NCBI GenBank assembly: GCA_963977655.1
Contig: CAXBPV010000016.1
Span: forward strand, 16,960-80,959
Direction: 5' to 3'
DNA: 64,000 bases
DNA from: an uncultured Halieaceae bacterium
Lineage (GTDB): Bacteria; Pseudomonadota; Gammaproteobacteria; Pseudomonadales; Halieaceae
The notes beneath the pieces are model-generated. The model was given only the letters and a program-made list of their open reading frames with translations, was not told where the DNA came from and did no database searches. Position numbers and translations under genes: made by a program. Positions 1 to 10,772 of the stretch are shown here, in pieces. The number at the start of each line of letters is the position of its first letter. The stretch's first letter is position 1.

Positions 1-1
1 T

Positions 2-514
2 GTGGTGGCAACAGAACCGCTGCCTTCACGGTTATTGCCGCGCATCAACCGCGACAATCTGTCGATGTCAGACACCTTATTTGTCATCAACTACTGGAAA
101 CTGTCAGAGGACGGGCGGTTGATATTTGGTGGCGGCGAAAACTACTCCAGCCGTTTTCCGCGCGATATACCCGCCTTCGTGCGTCCGCACATGCTCAAGA
201 TCTATCCGGAGCTTGAGGAGACGGCGATTGAGTTTGGATGGGGTGGCGCGGTCGGGATCACGCTCAATCGCATGCCGGATTTTGGCCGGGTTGGCGATCA
301 TATTTGGTACGCGCAGGGGTTCTCGGGGCACGGCGTGCCCACCGCCACCATGGCTGGCCATCTGCTGGCAGAGGCCATTGACGGCGATTCCACCGGCTTT
401 GATTTAATGGCATCGGTCCCGACTCATCGGTTCCCCGGCGGGACGCTTCTCAGGTGGCCAGGGCTCGTTGCCGGCATGTTGTTTTACAGTTTGCGAGACA
501 AGCTGGGTAAGTGA
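2..514 (+). CDS. FAD-dependent oxidoreductase, C-terminal 170 aa (gamma-glutamylputrescine oxidase PuuB/OrdL-like, DAO family); 5' end lies outside the window
   Basis: The frame is open to the window edge. Blocks FGGGENYS, RMPDFGR, YAQGFSGHGV, FPGG..LR and YSLRDKLG parallel the C-terminus of E. coli PuuB as I remember it. Confidence 0.75.
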   Translation: MVATEPLPSRLLPRINRDNLSMSDTLFVINYWKLSEDGRLIFGGGENYSSRFPRDIPAFVRPHMLKIYPELEETAIEFGWGGAVGITLNRMPDFGRVGDHIWYAQGFSGHGVPTATMAGHLLAEAIDGDSTGFDLMASVPTHRFPGGTLLRWPGLVAGMLFYSLRDKLGK

Positions 515-679
515 CCTGACACCCCTCGGGGTACGCAGGCATCAAGGCACGCTTCGCACCACTGAAAAAAAGATCAAGCACACACCCGTACCCATTCACC
601 ACTATTCACGGGTATGCTCTGTAGAACACAGATAGCGCTGACGCTCTGTGCAATTCAACATAAAAAATGAGGTGCTGAT

Positions 680-1075
680 ATGTTACCGATACTTCGCGGC
701 CTCACCGCTCTACTCGGCTTTGCACTCCTGATGTTGGGTCTGGGTTGGTGGATCCACCCCGAACCCGCTGCCCACTTATTGGGTGCCACCCTACTGGAAG
801 GTACCGGCCGGAGCACCCAGATCGGGGATTCCGCGGCTTTCTTTATAGGGTCGGGCGGACTGTTGCTCTGGGGCGCCCTGCGTGCCGAGGCGCAGTTAGT
901 ATTGGCGGGTGGCTGTCTCGTTGGCTTGGTAGCGCCGGGCCGAATCCTTGCCGCTGCGATGCACGGAGCCGCCTGGACAGTACCGGAAATTATTGGTGAA
1001 TGCGTGATATTGGCGGTAGCGGTCGCCACCGCCTCTGCCATGAGACGCAACCACTCTGACACCCTGTTCTACTAG
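680..1075 (+). CDS. small polytopic inner-membrane protein (possibly DUF4345-like)
   Basis: 131-aa ORF with about four hydrophobic helices and a gaggtg RBS-like motif a few nt upstream of the ATG. The overlapping antisense ORF 655-1062 is Pro/Arg/Ala-rich and looks non-coding. The family name is tentative. Confidence 0.5.
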   Translation: MLPILRGLTALLGFALLMLGLGWWIHPEPAAHLLGATLLEGTGRSTQIGDSAAFFIGSGGLLLWGALRAEAQLVLAGGCLVGLVAPGRILAAAMHGAAWTVPEIIGECVILAVAVATASAMRRNHSDTLFY

Positions 1076-1223
1076 CCCACGCGTTACTCAATGCCACTAA
1101 GCAAGCTGAAATCCTGGCTCAGTGATGAGCCTCTTTCGCGCGCAGCGGTGGCGCAGAACACCTAGCGATAGGGACCCTTTCTGAAAACATAAGACGATTC
1201 GATTTTTATCGATAACACAACCG

Positions 1224-2108
1224 TTACTGGCCGCGCGCGCTAATCAAGCAGCCCAATACGATGAGCGCGGTGCCCAATAGGGTACGTGTAGTCACGGGTT
1301 CAGCGAAAAACCACCAACCCAGTATTGCCGCCCAAATGAATGCCGTGTACTCCACCGATACAAGACGCTGCGCCTCGGCCTGACTGTAGGCGTGGGACAT
1401 CAGCATGAGCGACCCCACCGCAAGCGCTGCTGCCAGCGCCGCCCCGCCCCAATGTGCAAGCTCCGTTGGCACGACGATTAAAAAAGGCGCCACCATCAGC
1501 AACATAAAAAACACGATCAGGTTTTGATAAAACGCAATCTCCAATGGCTTGGCGATCAACGCCTGCATCCGTTGCAAGATCAAATTGACGCCGTACAGCA
1601 CAGCAGAAACCAGTATCGAAACCATCCCGAGCAAATCGCTCCCCTGAGGCCCTCCCAGCACCTCGCCCCCGACAACCGTCATCACGCCACCGAAACCCAG
1701 AGCGGCGGCGAGCTTGGCATTGGCGCCGATTTGCTCTCCCAACATCGGCACTGCGAGAAACAGGGTGATGATCGGCGCAATAAACGACAGGCCGATAGCC
1801 TGTGCCAGCGGGATGCGGGTCAAACCAAAGAAAAATAGATACGCCATCACTGCCGTAAGGCCAGCGCGGATGAAATGAATTTTAAGTACTTTGCCAGATG
1901 CCAGCCGAGGCCGCGTGGGCAAATAAAGCACCGAAACAAACAGTGCGCCCATCGCCATACGCCAGAACATGGCATTGAACGCACCCAGCGCCAGCGCCTG
2001 CGCTTTCATCACCGCATCCATCACCGAGAAAAGCAGGATGCCGAGAATGGCCATAAAAAACACATAGCGAATATCGCGTATCGCTGAATTCACGGGCGGG
2101 GCTCGCAT
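1224..2108 (-). CDS. DMT-superfamily (EamA-type) transporter
   Basis: 294 aa with about 10 hydrophobic helices in two similar halves, typical of EamA-repeat permeases. The start codon is uncertain. Confidence 0.8.
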   Translation of the reverse strand: MRAPPVNSAIRDIRYVFFMAILGILLFSVMDAVMKAQALALGAFNAMFWRMAMGALFVSVLYLPTRPRLASGKVLKIHFIRAGLTAVMAYLFFFGLTRIPLAQAIGLSFIAPIITLFLAVPMLGEQIGANAKLAAALGFGGVMTVVGGEVLGGPQGSDLLGMVSILVSAVLYGVNLILQRMQALIAKPLEIAFYQNLIVFFMLLMVAPFLIVVPTELAHWGGAALAAALAVGSLMLMSHAYSQAEAQRLVSVEYTAFIWAAILGWWFFAEPVTTRTLLGTALIVLGCLISARGQ

Positions 2109-2141
2109 CGCTGGCGCACCACTAAAACATGCTCCCAGGGC

Positions 2142-2495
2142 CTAGGCGGAGTCGACAAAAAACGCCTTCTTTTTCTCTCCGGCATCGGTATAAACCCCTT
2201 CTCCACGCTCGATTAAATAAGCCTGATTTGTGCTACTGACCATGCCGACTCCCCGCAAAAGACCCGCCATGCGCTCGTAATAGGGGTGGTCAAAGTGCGC
2301 CGCCAGGCTCTCACTTGTCTCCCATCGCTCATAGACCTGTATACGCGTCGCTACGGCCGGATCTGGCGCAAAGCAGTAATCCAGGCAGCCGGCCTCATCT
2401 TCTCTGGTCAAGCGCTGCACATCTGCAGTCAGCGCGACAGCGTGATTCCGGTCCTGCTCGCTCGCAAATTCCAACGCTGCCACCACAATCACCAT
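2142..2495 (-). CDS. ABM-domain protein (antibiotic-biosynthesis-monooxygenase-like / putative quinol monooxygenase)
   Basis: 117 aa with a ferredoxin-like ABM pattern (VIVVAALEF..., C..Y.F..D......I.VYERWE..E.L..H). Confidence 0.7.
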   Translation of the reverse strand: MVIVVAALEFASEQDRNHAVALTADVQRLTREDEAGCLDYCFAPDPAVATRIQVYERWETSESLAAHFDHPYYERMAGLLRGVGMVSSTNQAYLIERGEGVYTDAGEKKKAFFVDSA

Positions 2496-2680
2496 ACGCG
2501 TTTTCTTCTCATCTCATACCTCGACATATCACCCACCAGCACCGTCGCCCGATCATATCCCAACACCTGACTCTCCAGCCCACTCTCACTTGGGGGATCC
2601 GCATCTTGCTGAGTCACGATTTAAGCCTACACGCGCCGTTTTTGATGATCAGGCACCAGCACTCCGGCGCGCTTTCGGTG

Positions 2681-3337
2681 CTACCACTCGGGGACGCCTT
2701 CGGCGCGATGAAAAACGACTGAGAGATTATTGGCGGGCATGGAAATGGCCTCGTGGCACTCGAACCCCGCTTCGGTTGCTACCGCCATCACGGCCTCCAG
2801 TTCCCGGATGCCCCACCGCGGATCCTGCGCCTTCAGTTGCTGATCAAACGCTTCGTTTGAAGGTGCTGTGCGCACATTCTTCTGCTTAAACGGCCCGTAA
2901 AGTAAAACAACGCCACCCGCGGCAAGGAGTCTCGCGGCACCCCGAAAAAGCGCCGCGCAACACTCCCATGGTGCAATATGAATCATATTGATATTCACCA
3001 CCGCAGACACCGGTTCGGGCAAGGGACTTTGCTCAACAGACCAGATGTCGTCCAAAACATCCAGCCGCTGCGGATGAAGCAGATTTGGCGAGGGCATATC
3101 GGCACACCAACTGGCAATCGATGCGACATTGGCGCTCGACTGGTCGGTGGGTAGCCACAGCCTGGGGGCCAGCGCAGGTGCGAAATAGACCGCGTGCTGC
3201 CCGGTCCCCGCGGCAACTTCGAGCACGGTGCCCGCGCCCGGGAGCTGGGTCTTTAGCACCGCCAGCAGCGGAGCTCTGTTACGGTCAGTCGCGGGCGCAA
3301 ACCGTTTGGTCACAGCCCTAGTTGTCTCCGGTGGCAT
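2681..3337 (-). CDS. DUF938-type class I SAM-dependent methyltransferase-like protein
   Basis: 218 aa. N-terminal block FAPATDRNR.PLL.VL......GTVLEVAAGTGQH..YFA is characteristic of DUF938, with a glycine-rich SAM-binding-like loop. Confidence 0.7.
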   Translation of the reverse strand: MPPETTRAVTKRFAPATDRNRAPLLAVLKTQLPGAGTVLEVAAGTGQHAVYFAPALAPRLWLPTDQSSANVASIASWCADMPSPNLLHPQRLDVLDDIWSVEQSPLPEPVSAVVNINMIHIAPWECCAALFRGAARLLAAGGVVLLYGPFKQKNVRTAPSNEAFDQQLKAQDPRWGIRELEAVMAVATEAGFECHEAISMPANNLSVVFHRAEGVPEW

Positions 3338-3431
3338 GAGAAGGCTGGAGCGATCATTGCGATTGAGTAGAGCCCGTACAAACTGACATGGGGGGTGGCT
3401 GGCACGGCGATGCCCTCGGGTGCCGGCTTTT

Positions 3432-3569
3432 TCAATCGCCGCCCGCCAAAAAAATCGCGAAGGTGGGTATCAGTAGCACCAACCCGCCGGCAACCAATAC
3501 CAGCACCGCTACGCGGCCACGCCATTTGGATCGCTCGCTTTCGGGCTCATGTGAAGCGTTGTTTGTCAT
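3432..3569 (-). CDS. hypothetical 45-aa single-pass membrane peptide
   Basis: Internal ATG at 3569 of track ORF 3432-3698 is preceded by a GAGG RBS about 9 nt upstream. It has a charged N-terminus followed by one hydrophobic helix (VAVLVLVAGGLVLLIPTFAIFLA). No homology was recognised. Confidence 0.3.
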   Translation of the reverse strand: MTNNASHEPESERSKWRGRVAVLVLVAGGLVLLIPTFAIFLAGGD

Positions 3570-3751
3570 GATTCTGCCTCGCGTTACAGCGACAATGATG
3601 CGAGCCAGCACGCCATGGTGCAATACCCGCGACACACCACGGAATGCGAGCTTTTGTGTCACATATTGATGCCCGCGCCCAGGTCGATCCCCGGGCAAAA
3701 CCGTCTACAATTCTGATTGAGCGATGTAATTGTGGCTGACAGGAGGCCCCC

Positions 3752-4156
3752 ATGTTGACGAAAATCAGATTGCCCGTGGTGCTTTTGATGTGCGCAGCCG
3801 CCGGCAGTGCCTTCGCCAATGTGGTCGTCGATATGTCGCAGGTAGCCGACTACACCCAATATCAAACAGACCTGCAGCAATGTGAGGGGTTGGCCGTGCA
3901 AAATCAGCCGGATGCACCCCAACGCGAGAGCGTTGCGGGTACTGCGGTGAAAGGCGCCGCGGTGGGCGCTGCCGCCGGTGCAATCAGTGGCGGGTCAGGC
4001 TCAAAAGCCGCTAAAAAGGGCGCCGGGGCCGGGGTAATTGTGGCTGCCGGACGGAACAGCCGTGAGCGGCGCGAGGCGAGTGCCAATGCCACCGCGCAGA
4101 AGGATCAGATCGTCAAAAATTGCATGCGCGGCCGAGGATACAACGTATTGAACTAG
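3752..4156 (+). CDS. secreted glycine-zipper protein
   Basis: Signal peptide MLTKIRLPVVLLMCAAAGSAFA, a Gly/Ala zipper (GAAVGAAAGAISGGSG...GAGAGVIVAAG), and an AGGAGG-like RBS (gacaggaggcccccATG). Confidence 0.6.
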   Translation: MLTKIRLPVVLLMCAAAGSAFANVVVDMSQVADYTQYQTDLQQCEGLAVQNQPDAPQRESVAGTAVKGAAVGAAAGAISGGSGSKAAKKGAGAGVIVAAGRNSRERREASANATAQKDQIVKNCMRGRGYNVLN

Positions 4157-4180
4157 CGCCGCTTTCCACCCGATAGCGCG

Positions 4181-5374
4181 CTACAGGGCCAGCTCTTTAT
4201 ACGCCTGACTAAAAGCCGTTACTGCTTTGTCGAGATCTTCGCGGGTGTGCCCTGCCGATATCTGCACCCGAATGCGCGCTTTACCCTGTGGTACAACGGG
4301 GTAAAAAAAGCCGATGGCGTAAATCCCCAGCTCCAGCAGCCTCTCTGACATCTTCTGCGCTACCACCGCGTCGCCCAACATCACGGGCACAATGGGATGA
4401 TCCCCCTCGGGCACTGCAAACCCATGAGCCTGCATTTGCTCGCGAAAGTATCGGGTATTGTCATGGAGCCGGTCGCGCAGCGCGGTCGACGCCTCAAGCA
4501 TGTCGAGCACCTTCAGAGACGCCGCGCAAATAGCTGGCGCCAAGGTATTGGAAAACAAATAGGGGCGAGAGCGCTGACGTAGAATATCGATGATTTCCTG
4601 CCGCCCGGCAGTGAAGCCGCCGGAGCCGCCGCCGAGGGCTTTGCCAAAGGTGCCGGTGATAATGTCTACGCGATCCATGACCCCGCGATACTCGTGCACG
4701 CCCCGACCCTGATCACCCATGAAGCCCGTCGCGTGGCAATCATCGTGATGGACCATCGCACCATACTCGTCGGCGAGGTCACAAATGGCATCCAACTGCG
4801 CAATGGTGCCGTCCATTGAGAAGACACCATCGGTGGTAATCAATATCCGCCGCGCGCCGGCGTCGCGCGCCTCCTGCAACTTGGCGGCAAGATCTCCCAT
4901 GTCGTTGTTCTTGTAACGGTAGCGTGCGGCTTTACAGAGCCGCACTCCGTCAATGATTGAGGCGTGGTTAAGCTCATCCGAAATCACTGCGTCATCTGAC
5001 CCGAGAATCGTCTCGAATAGTCCGGTATTCGCGTCAAAACAGGCGGCGTAAAGGATCGTGTCTTCCATACCAAGAAAGTGACTGACGCGCTGCTCCAGCG
5101 TTTTGTGAATCCCCTGGGTCCCGCAAATGAAGCGCACCGACGCGGCGCCAAAGCCCCATTCCTGCAAACTGTCGCTGGCAGCCTGCATCACCTCGGCATT
5201 GTTGGCCAACCCGAGATAATTGTTCGCGCACATGTTGACGACGTTGGCGCCGTCCTCAAGGGTAATGTCATTCTTCTGCTCGGAGGCAATTACGCGCTCG
5301 GTCTTCCATAAACCGGCGGCCTTGATCTCCGTTATCTCGTCGACATAACTCTGCTTGGCCAGGCGGTAACTCAT
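4181..5374 (-). CDS. kbl: glycine C-acetyltransferase (2-amino-3-ketobutyrate CoA ligase)
   Basis: PLP-dependent alpha-oxoamine synthase blocks [21 protein letters not shown] and TFGKALGG (Schiff-base Lys). 397 aa. Start moved from track 5431 to ATG 5374, one nt after the tdh stop, which gives the canonical MSY... N-terminus. Confidence 0.95.
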   Translation of the reverse strand: MSYRLAKQSYVDEITEIKAAGLWKTERVIASEQKNDITLEDGANVVNMCANNYLGLANNAEVMQAASDSLQEWGFGAASVRFICGTQGIHKTLEQRVSHFLGMEDTILYAACFDANTGLFETILGSDDAVISDELNHASIIDGVRLCKAARYRYKNNDMGDLAAKLQEARDAGARRILITTDGVFSMDGTIAQLDAICDLADEYGAMVHHDDCHATGFMGDQGRGVHEYRGVMDRVDIITGTFGKALGGGSGGFTAGRQEIIDILRQRSRPYLFSNTLAPAICAASLKVLDMLEASTALRDRLHDNTRYFREQMQAHGFAVPEGDHPIVPVMLGDAVVAQKMSERLLELGIYAIGFFYPVVPQGKARIRVQISAGHTREDLDKAVTAFSQAYKELAL

Positions 5375-5375
5375 A

Positions 5376-6410
5376 TCAGTCCCTCCAGTCGAGGATGACT
5401 TTGCCCGACTGACCAGAACGCATAATGTCAAAACCCTGCTGAAACTCGGTGTAGTGGAACCGGTGAGTAATCACCCGCTCGATGGGTAAGCCGCTCTGCA
5501 CCATCATCACCATTTTGTACCAGGTCTCGTACATCTCGCGGCCATAAATGCCCTTGATGTTGAGGCCTTTGAACACGACATCGGTCCACGAAATACCGGT
5601 GTCGTCCGGCATCAAGCCCAGCATGGCGATACTGCCGCCATTAATCATTTTGCCGAGCACGTCACGAAACGCCGTGGGAGAACCGGACATCTCCAAACAG
5701 ACGTCAAAGCCTTCGAGTATGCCGAGACTCTCCATGAAGTTGCGGGTGATTTCCTGCTTGGCAACGTTGATGGGCTTTACCTTGGGCACGATGCGCTTGG
5801 CAAGATCCAGCCGGTACTCGTTCACGTCGGTGAGGATCACATTACGCGCGCCGCAATGCCCTGCCACCATCGCCGCCATGATGCCGATGGGGCCCGCTCC
5901 GGTGATGATGACGTCCTCACCGACCATATTGAAAGAGAGCGCGGTATGAACAGCGTTACCGTAGGGATCAAAAATGCTCAGCAAATCTGTGGGGATGTAG
6001 ACATTGGGGCGAAACACGTTGGTCGCCGGGATCACCAGATATTCCGCAAAGGCGCCATCACGATTGACCCCCACTCCCTGGGTATTGGGGCACAGGTGCA
6101 GTCGCCCCGCGAGACAGTTGCGGCACCGACCACAGACCACGTGACCTTCGCCCGAGACAATGTCGCCCACTTGCAAACCGGTCACATTGGCACCGAGCTC
6201 CACAATCTCGCCCGCATACTCATGGCCTGCGACCATCGGCACAGGAATGGTTTTTTGGGCCCACTCGTCCCAGTTATAGATATGGACATCGGTCCCGCAA
6301 ATGGCAGTTTTATGGATCTTGATCAAGACCTCATTGCCACCCACTTCGGGAATGGGCACATCCTCGAGCCAGAGACCTTCTTGAGCATGCTTTTTAACGA
6401 GGGCTTTCAT
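5376..6410 (-). CDS. tdh: L-threonine 3-dehydrogenase (Zn-dependent MDR family)
   Basis: MKALVK... N-terminus, catalytic Zn motif [12 protein letters not shown], structural Zn cluster [15 protein letters not shown], and Rossmann GAGPIG. 344 aa. Start moved to ATG 6410. Confidence 0.95.
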   Translation of the reverse strand: MKALVKKHAQEGLWLEDVPIPEVGGNEVLIKIHKTAICGTDVHIYNWDEWAQKTIPVPMVAGHEYAGEIVELGANVTGLQVGDIVSGEGHVVCGRCRNCLAGRLHLCPNTQGVGVNRDGAFAEYLVIPATNVFRPNVYIPTDLLSIFDPYGNAVHTALSFNMVGEDVIITGAGPIGIMAAMVAGHCGARNVILTDVNEYRLDLAKRIVPKVKPINVAKQEITRNFMESLGILEGFDVCLEMSGSPTAFRDVLGKMINGGSIAMLGLMPDDTGISWTDVVFKGLNIKGIYGREMYETWYKMVMMVQSGLPIERVITHRFHYTEFQQGFDIMRSGQSGKVILDWRD

Positions 6411-6548
6411 GATGCAAACTATCCAATATCGGTGGTTTACTGGCCTTTTTATGCGCGAGTCGTGCTTTTGGATGCATCCGGCACACATTTTTATGGCTTA
6501 ACCGGAACCTATTCACAAAATACGCCGCCTCTTTGCTACTTGTCGTTG

Positions 6549-6956
6549 CTATTGCGGTTCGATCATAAGGTATTGAACGGTGGTATCCCCCACATTGAGT
6601 GCCTCATGCCAGGCGATACCGTCACTGGTGAAATAGCTGCCCGAGGGGAGCTCGACGGTCCGCAGGCCCGTATCGTCAGTGATTTGCATCACCCCTCCGG
6701 AAACCGCATAGCCGAAATGCGAGGGGTGAAAGTGTCGTTCATGCCCCACGCCAGGCGGAAAGGTACAGCGCAGAATGCGAAGGTTCTCTGCCGCATGGAG
6801 CCGCTCACATACGGGCTCACCCTGCCACCCGGCCGCCAGTGGATCCGGCAATGGCTCCGCCAAGAGCGCTGAAGAAACGCAGAAAGTACTGACCACGCAG
6901 GACAAAATCGTCAGCAGATGTCGCGTATTACGGTTTCTGGAGGGCGCGGTGCACAC
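6549..6956 (-). CDS. secreted cupin-domain protein
   Basis: Hydrophobic N-terminal signal, then cupin motifs (FPPGVGHERHFHP...G......D.G........G) and a C-terminal beta-strand pattern. GTG start as in the track. Confidence 0.65.
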   Translation of the reverse strand: MCTAPSRNRNTRHLLTILSCVVSTFCVSSALLAEPLPDPLAAGWQGEPVCERLHAAENLRILRCTFPPGVGHERHFHPSHFGYAVSGGVMQITDDTGLRTVELPSGSYFTSDGIAWHEALNVGDTTVQYLMIEPQ

Positions 6957-7079
6957 CGGTGTATCGTACTCCTTTTTGTCGCGCTACATCCGGAGTGCGC
7001 GTATAACTCAAGACACTAAAAGCATAGTCTAAACCGACGTCACGCAGGGGCCGCGTCAGGACGGAACATCGAGGTGCAC

Positions 7080-8261
7080 ATGATGAAACCACTCGAAGGA
7101 ATTACCGTACTCGAGTTCTCGACCATGATCACAGCAGCACTTGCGAGCATGATGCTGGCGGAACAGGGTGCGCGGGTGATCAAGGTAGAGCCCACCGATG
7201 CCGGTGATCCCATGCGCTACATCGGCGCGCGCAAGGGAGGGATCTCATCGCTCTTTGCCGGCTGCAATCGGGGCAAAGAGTCCATTGCTATCGACCTCAA
7301 GTCAGAAGCAGGTCAGCAGGTGATTCAGGGGATGGCTCGCGAGGTAGATGTGATCATCCACAACTTTCGCCCCGGCACCATGGACGCTTTGCATCTGGGT
7401 AGCGACGCGATGCGCGCTTTGAATCCAAGACTGATCTATACCGCTATTTCAGGTTTTGGTGTCGAGGGGCCGCTGCGTCGTGCGCCGGCCTATGACCCCG
7501 TTATTCAGGCCCATGCGGGCATGACGGTAATCCAGGGCGCTGACGATGCGCCGCGTTTCATTCGGTCACTGTTGTGCGACAAGATCACTGCCTACACCGC
7601 GTGCCAGGCGGTAACCAGCGCCCTCTTTGCGCGGGAGCGCAACGGCGAAGGGCAGCACATTGACCTCTCCATGCTGGACGCCGGCTTGTTCTTCATGTTT
7701 CCGGACGGGTTTCAAAACCATGCGCTGCTCGATGACGACGTTATCCCCGGCGGCATGCTGATCGATATTCTCTATGAGCTCACCCTGACCAAAGATGGCG
7801 GCATCACCATTGCGGCGGGCAATCAGGAAATGCAGGGGAGAATGCTGAAGGCAATAGGCATGCTGCACCTATTGCAGGATGAGCGCTTTAGCACCATGAA
7901 AAAGCTGGTGGAGAACCTTGCCCTATTCCGGGAGGCAGTCGCAGAGAGATGCCTCGAGTACACCAGTGAAGAATTGCTCGACCTACTGCGCACCGCCGAG
8001 GTGCCCTGCGCCAAGTGTCTGACCCGCGACGAGGTGCTCGCGCAAGAGCAACTTAGCGCCAATGACAGCGTAGGAGTCATCGATCACCCCTTGCTCGGAC
8101 AACTCCGGATTGTGAAATCACCACCCCGCTTTGGTGGGGAGCGTTTGGCGCCGTCGCGCCCCACACCAGAGCATGGCGAGAATACCGATGCCGTGTTGAA
8201 AAGCTTCAATCACGATGACCAGGCAATCGCAGCGCTGAGGGCAGCTGGAGTCATCGCTTAA
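7080..8261 (+). CDS. family III CoA-transferase (CaiB/BaiF type)
   Basis: N-terminal PLEGITVLEFSTMITAA.ASMMLAEQGA.VIKVE signature of CaiB/BaiF transferases. The GAGG RBS favours ATG 7080/7083 over the track GTG 7074. Confidence 0.85.
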   Translation: MMKPLEGITVLEFSTMITAALASMMLAEQGARVIKVEPTDAGDPMRYIGARKGGISSLFAGCNRGKESIAIDLKSEAGQQVIQGMAREVDVIIHNFRPGTMDALHLGSDAMRALNPRLIYTAISGFGVEGPLRRAPAYDPVIQAHAGMTVIQGADDAPRFIRSLLCDKITAYTACQAVTSALFARERNGEGQHIDLSMLDAGLFFMFPDGFQNHALLDDDVIPGGMLIDILYELTLTKDGGITIAAGNQEMQGRMLKAIGMLHLLQDERFSTMKKLVENLALFREAVAERCLEYTSEELLDLLRTAEVPCAKCLTRDEVLAQEQLSANDSVGVIDHPLLGQLRIVKSPPRFGGERLAPSRPTPEHGENTDAVLKSFNHDDQAIAALRAAGVIA

Positions 8262-8281
8262 CGCACCTGATACGGGCGTAA

Positions 8282-9034
8282 TTACTGAGCGGTAAAGCCA
8301 CCGTCTACGCTCAACACCGCGCCCTGGCAGAGACTCGAATCCTCAGAGGCAAAAAATAAGATAGCCCCCGCGACTTCCTCTGCTGTGCCCATGCGCCCAA
8401 TAGGCATCACGCCCCGCAACATGGCCTTGGCCTCTTCTTTGTCGGGCATCAGGTCGGTCCAACGCTCCATCATGGGGGTTTGAATCACGCCCGGGCAAAC
8501 GCAATTGATGCGCACACCGCTGGTGGCCAACTCAATTGCCATGTCTTTGGTGAATACCACCAGTCCACCCTTGGCGCTACCGTAAGCGGTTGATAGCGGA
8601 AACCCGACCAAACCATTTAGGGACGAGACATTGATCACGCTCCCGGACCCGCGCGCCACCATGGATGGAACAAAGTATTTACAGAGCAACCAGGGGCCTT
8701 TTAGATCGGTGTCCAGCACGCGATCCCACTCGTCGAGCGTGGTTTGGTCGTAGGTCTTGTTTAACTCAGAGCCGGCATTATTCACCAGCACATCGACGCT
8801 ACCCCATCGACTCAGCACCGCATCTGCCACCTGTTGTACTGAGGGCTCCAGCCTGACATCGAGCTCAAGTGCAAATGTTTCACCGCCACACTCAGCCGCG
8901 AGCTGCTCAGCAGAAGCCAGATCCCGATCGAGAATGCAAACCGCTGCGCCTTCACTGACAAACCGCCTGACAGTGGCGGCGCCGATGCCGCTCGCCCCTC
9001 CGGTGACCACACATTTAAAACCTGGCAATCGCAT
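8282..9034 (-). CDS. short-chain dehydrogenase/reductase (SDR)
   Basis: TGGASGIGAAT cofactor loop, NNAG, and catalytic YGSAK. Start moved to ATG 9034, with GGAGGAG upstream. Confidence 0.85.
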   Translation of the reverse strand: MRLPGFKCVVTGGASGIGAATVRRFVSEGAAVCILDRDLASAEQLAAECGGETFALELDVRLEPSVQQVADAVLSRWGSVDVLVNNAGSELNKTYDQTTLDEWDRVLDTDLKGPWLLCKYFVPSMVARGSGSVINVSSLNGLVGFPLSTAYGSAKGGLVVFTKDMAIELATSGVRINCVCPGVIQTPMMERWTDLMPDKEEAKAMLRGVMPIGRMGTAEEVAGAILFFASEDSSLCQGAVLSVDGGFTAQ

Positions 9035-9407
9035 GGCTACACTTCTCCTCCGTGTCACCCGCTCAGTTAACGCGGCTGAGGCGGTAATAGCAAACCCTCA
9101 ATCTGGCCATGCCACCCGATTAACTGCGGTAAATCGCGCGCAACAGTGACGCTCACAGATATCGACGCAACAGAAAAAAACAAAATCTCGGGATAACCCC
9201 TTAACAGTGAAACGTCATATGAGTATGAAAAGCATCCAACTCAGCCCTGCCGAAACGGCCTCGTTGCTGACCGCTGCCATTGTACTGGCGGTGTTGGGCA
9301 TCGCCGCCATATAACGCAAGACGCATCTGGCCTTTGGCTTGTTTAGCCCCCTGCTGGCTGTCTTCCCGTCACCAGCGCGACTTTAACCGTGATTCATTCC
9401 GGCCTTG

Positions 9408-9842
9408 CTAAAGCCCCAGCGCGGCAAAGACTTCTCTCAGCAACAGCGTTGCCAACGCCATCCAGCTCAGCATAAACAAGCTGAAGCGAATCCAGACGTG
9501 ATTGATAGTGACCTGAACGACTGAGTGGACCAACCTGAATGCGCAGTACGCCCACGCGGCATAGAGATGCACCATGTCGGTATGCTCGAGTGCCCAGATG
9601 ACGCCGACAACGGCGTAAAACAGGGTGGGTTGCTCCCAGAGATGATTGTAATTATCGGCCACGCGCTCGACATGGCTGGGGAAAACACCGCCGAGCTGTG
9701 ACGGATGTGACAGCTTCTGCAAATCAACGCCTTGCGCTTCCAACACTTTTGCCGCCGGAATACGCGTGGCATACATCAAAAGCATCATGACAAAACTGAG
9801 TGTGCCCATAAACAGGATGGGATAGAGGATTAAGTGGTTCAT
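9408..9842 (-). CDS. MAPEG-family membrane protein
   Basis: 144 aa, four TM helices, and an R.......NHLWEQPTLFY block typical of MAPEG proteins. Confidence 0.65.
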   Translation of the reverse strand: MNHLILYPILFMGTLSFVMMLLMYATRIPAAKVLEAQGVDLQKLSHPSQLGGVFPSHVERVADNYNHLWEQPTLFYAVVGVIWALEHTDMVHLYAAWAYCAFRLVHSVVQVTINHVWIRFSLFMLSWMALATLLLREVFAALGL

Positions 9843-10054
9843 GCTACTTGGGCACCCGGCTTCAGATCGAAAGCGTGAACGATAGCGCGAGTTGCCCTGG
9901 TCCGCACTGGCAAAATAGGCGTGCAGCGGGTGTGGCGGGCTATGTACTCATAGAAAAGAGAATTTAGTCAGCTTTGATCAAGTAGCGCATGCGACGCGAA
10001 CCCGATGCGTGGAAACCACCGCGACTCGACAAGAGAGGAAAAAACCGCGTCGAC

Positions 10055-10462
10055 TTAATCCAGCCTGCTCCACACCTCCCGGTGCGTAACCTCTCCACGC
10101 TGGTATGTTTTTTCTAGGGACAAACCGTCGTCCGACATGGTCAGAGTGCTATTCACTGTGGTCCCGATAGCGCTGGGATCAGACTCGTTGGCGATGACCT
10201 CGGTAAGCGAGGCGCCGCTTAATGTGTAAGCGCCAAAGCCCGTTGATAGCGCCGGCGACAGGCAGGTAGGTAAGCGCGCATAGTAATTGTAAATCACGTG
10301 CTGCGCCGTATAGACAGTCACCGCGGCTGGTTGCGTTAGCGTGACAGCTCTGGCGTTCTGGTAGGCCTCGCTCAGCTGCCATGCGCCACTTAATTTAATC
10401 TCGGCAGTCATTCCCAGCGTGGCATGCATTATTAGAGCGGCTACCAGCAACACTTTTTTCAT
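10055..10462 (-). CDS. secreted lipocalin-like small protein
   Basis: Start moved to ATG 10462 (MKKVLLVAALIMHATLGMTA signal peptide). The GAWQL...Y....VIYNYY beta-rich body resembles lipocalin-like domains. Tentative. Confidence 0.45.
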   Translation of the reverse strand: MKKVLLVAALIMHATLGMTAEIKLSGAWQLSEAYQNARAVTLTQPAAVTVYTAQHVIYNYYARLPTCLSPALSTGFGAYTLSGASLTEVIANESDPSAIGTTVNSTLTMSDDGLSLEKTYQRGEVTHREVWSRLD

Positions 10463-10772
10463 TCGCGCGATTCCTAAGGCTCCGAGTAGTAGCCGGAAAA
10501 AGCCAGTGATGACAGAGGCGACTTCCGACATCGCTTTATAAAGTTATGCGTCGAATATTTTGAGTATTTTTTTCGAAGCGAATCAGCCTATCTAGCTATA
10601 AATACGCAGGTTTTTGGCGACACCATCATTAACTTGTACGGACAAAGTCACTGCGAAATAAATATAGAACTTTTACTTCTACAAAGGTGCCGATGCCGGC
10701 ATTATTTGACCAGGCCCGTGAAGCACCCATTAAGAGGCGTGCGCGAAGCCTGTGTAATAAAGCGATCTAGGT

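Noticed and set aside
5856-6872. 338-aa plus-strand ORF spanning tdh, the tdh upstream spacer and the cupin gene.
   Set aside because: It is antisense to genes with unmistakable family signatures (Zn-MDR motifs of Tdh). It has Arg/Gly/His-rich, low-complexity-like composition typical of shadow ORFs in GC-rich DNA, and no RBS.
9997-10004. Possible distal att repeat of the tRNA-Asp 3' end (cgaacccg) that would delimit an integrated island.
   Set aside because: Only 8 nt match the T-arm region of the tRNA, which is compatible with chance. No longer direct repeat of the tRNA 3' end was seen between 9.8 and 12.9 kb.
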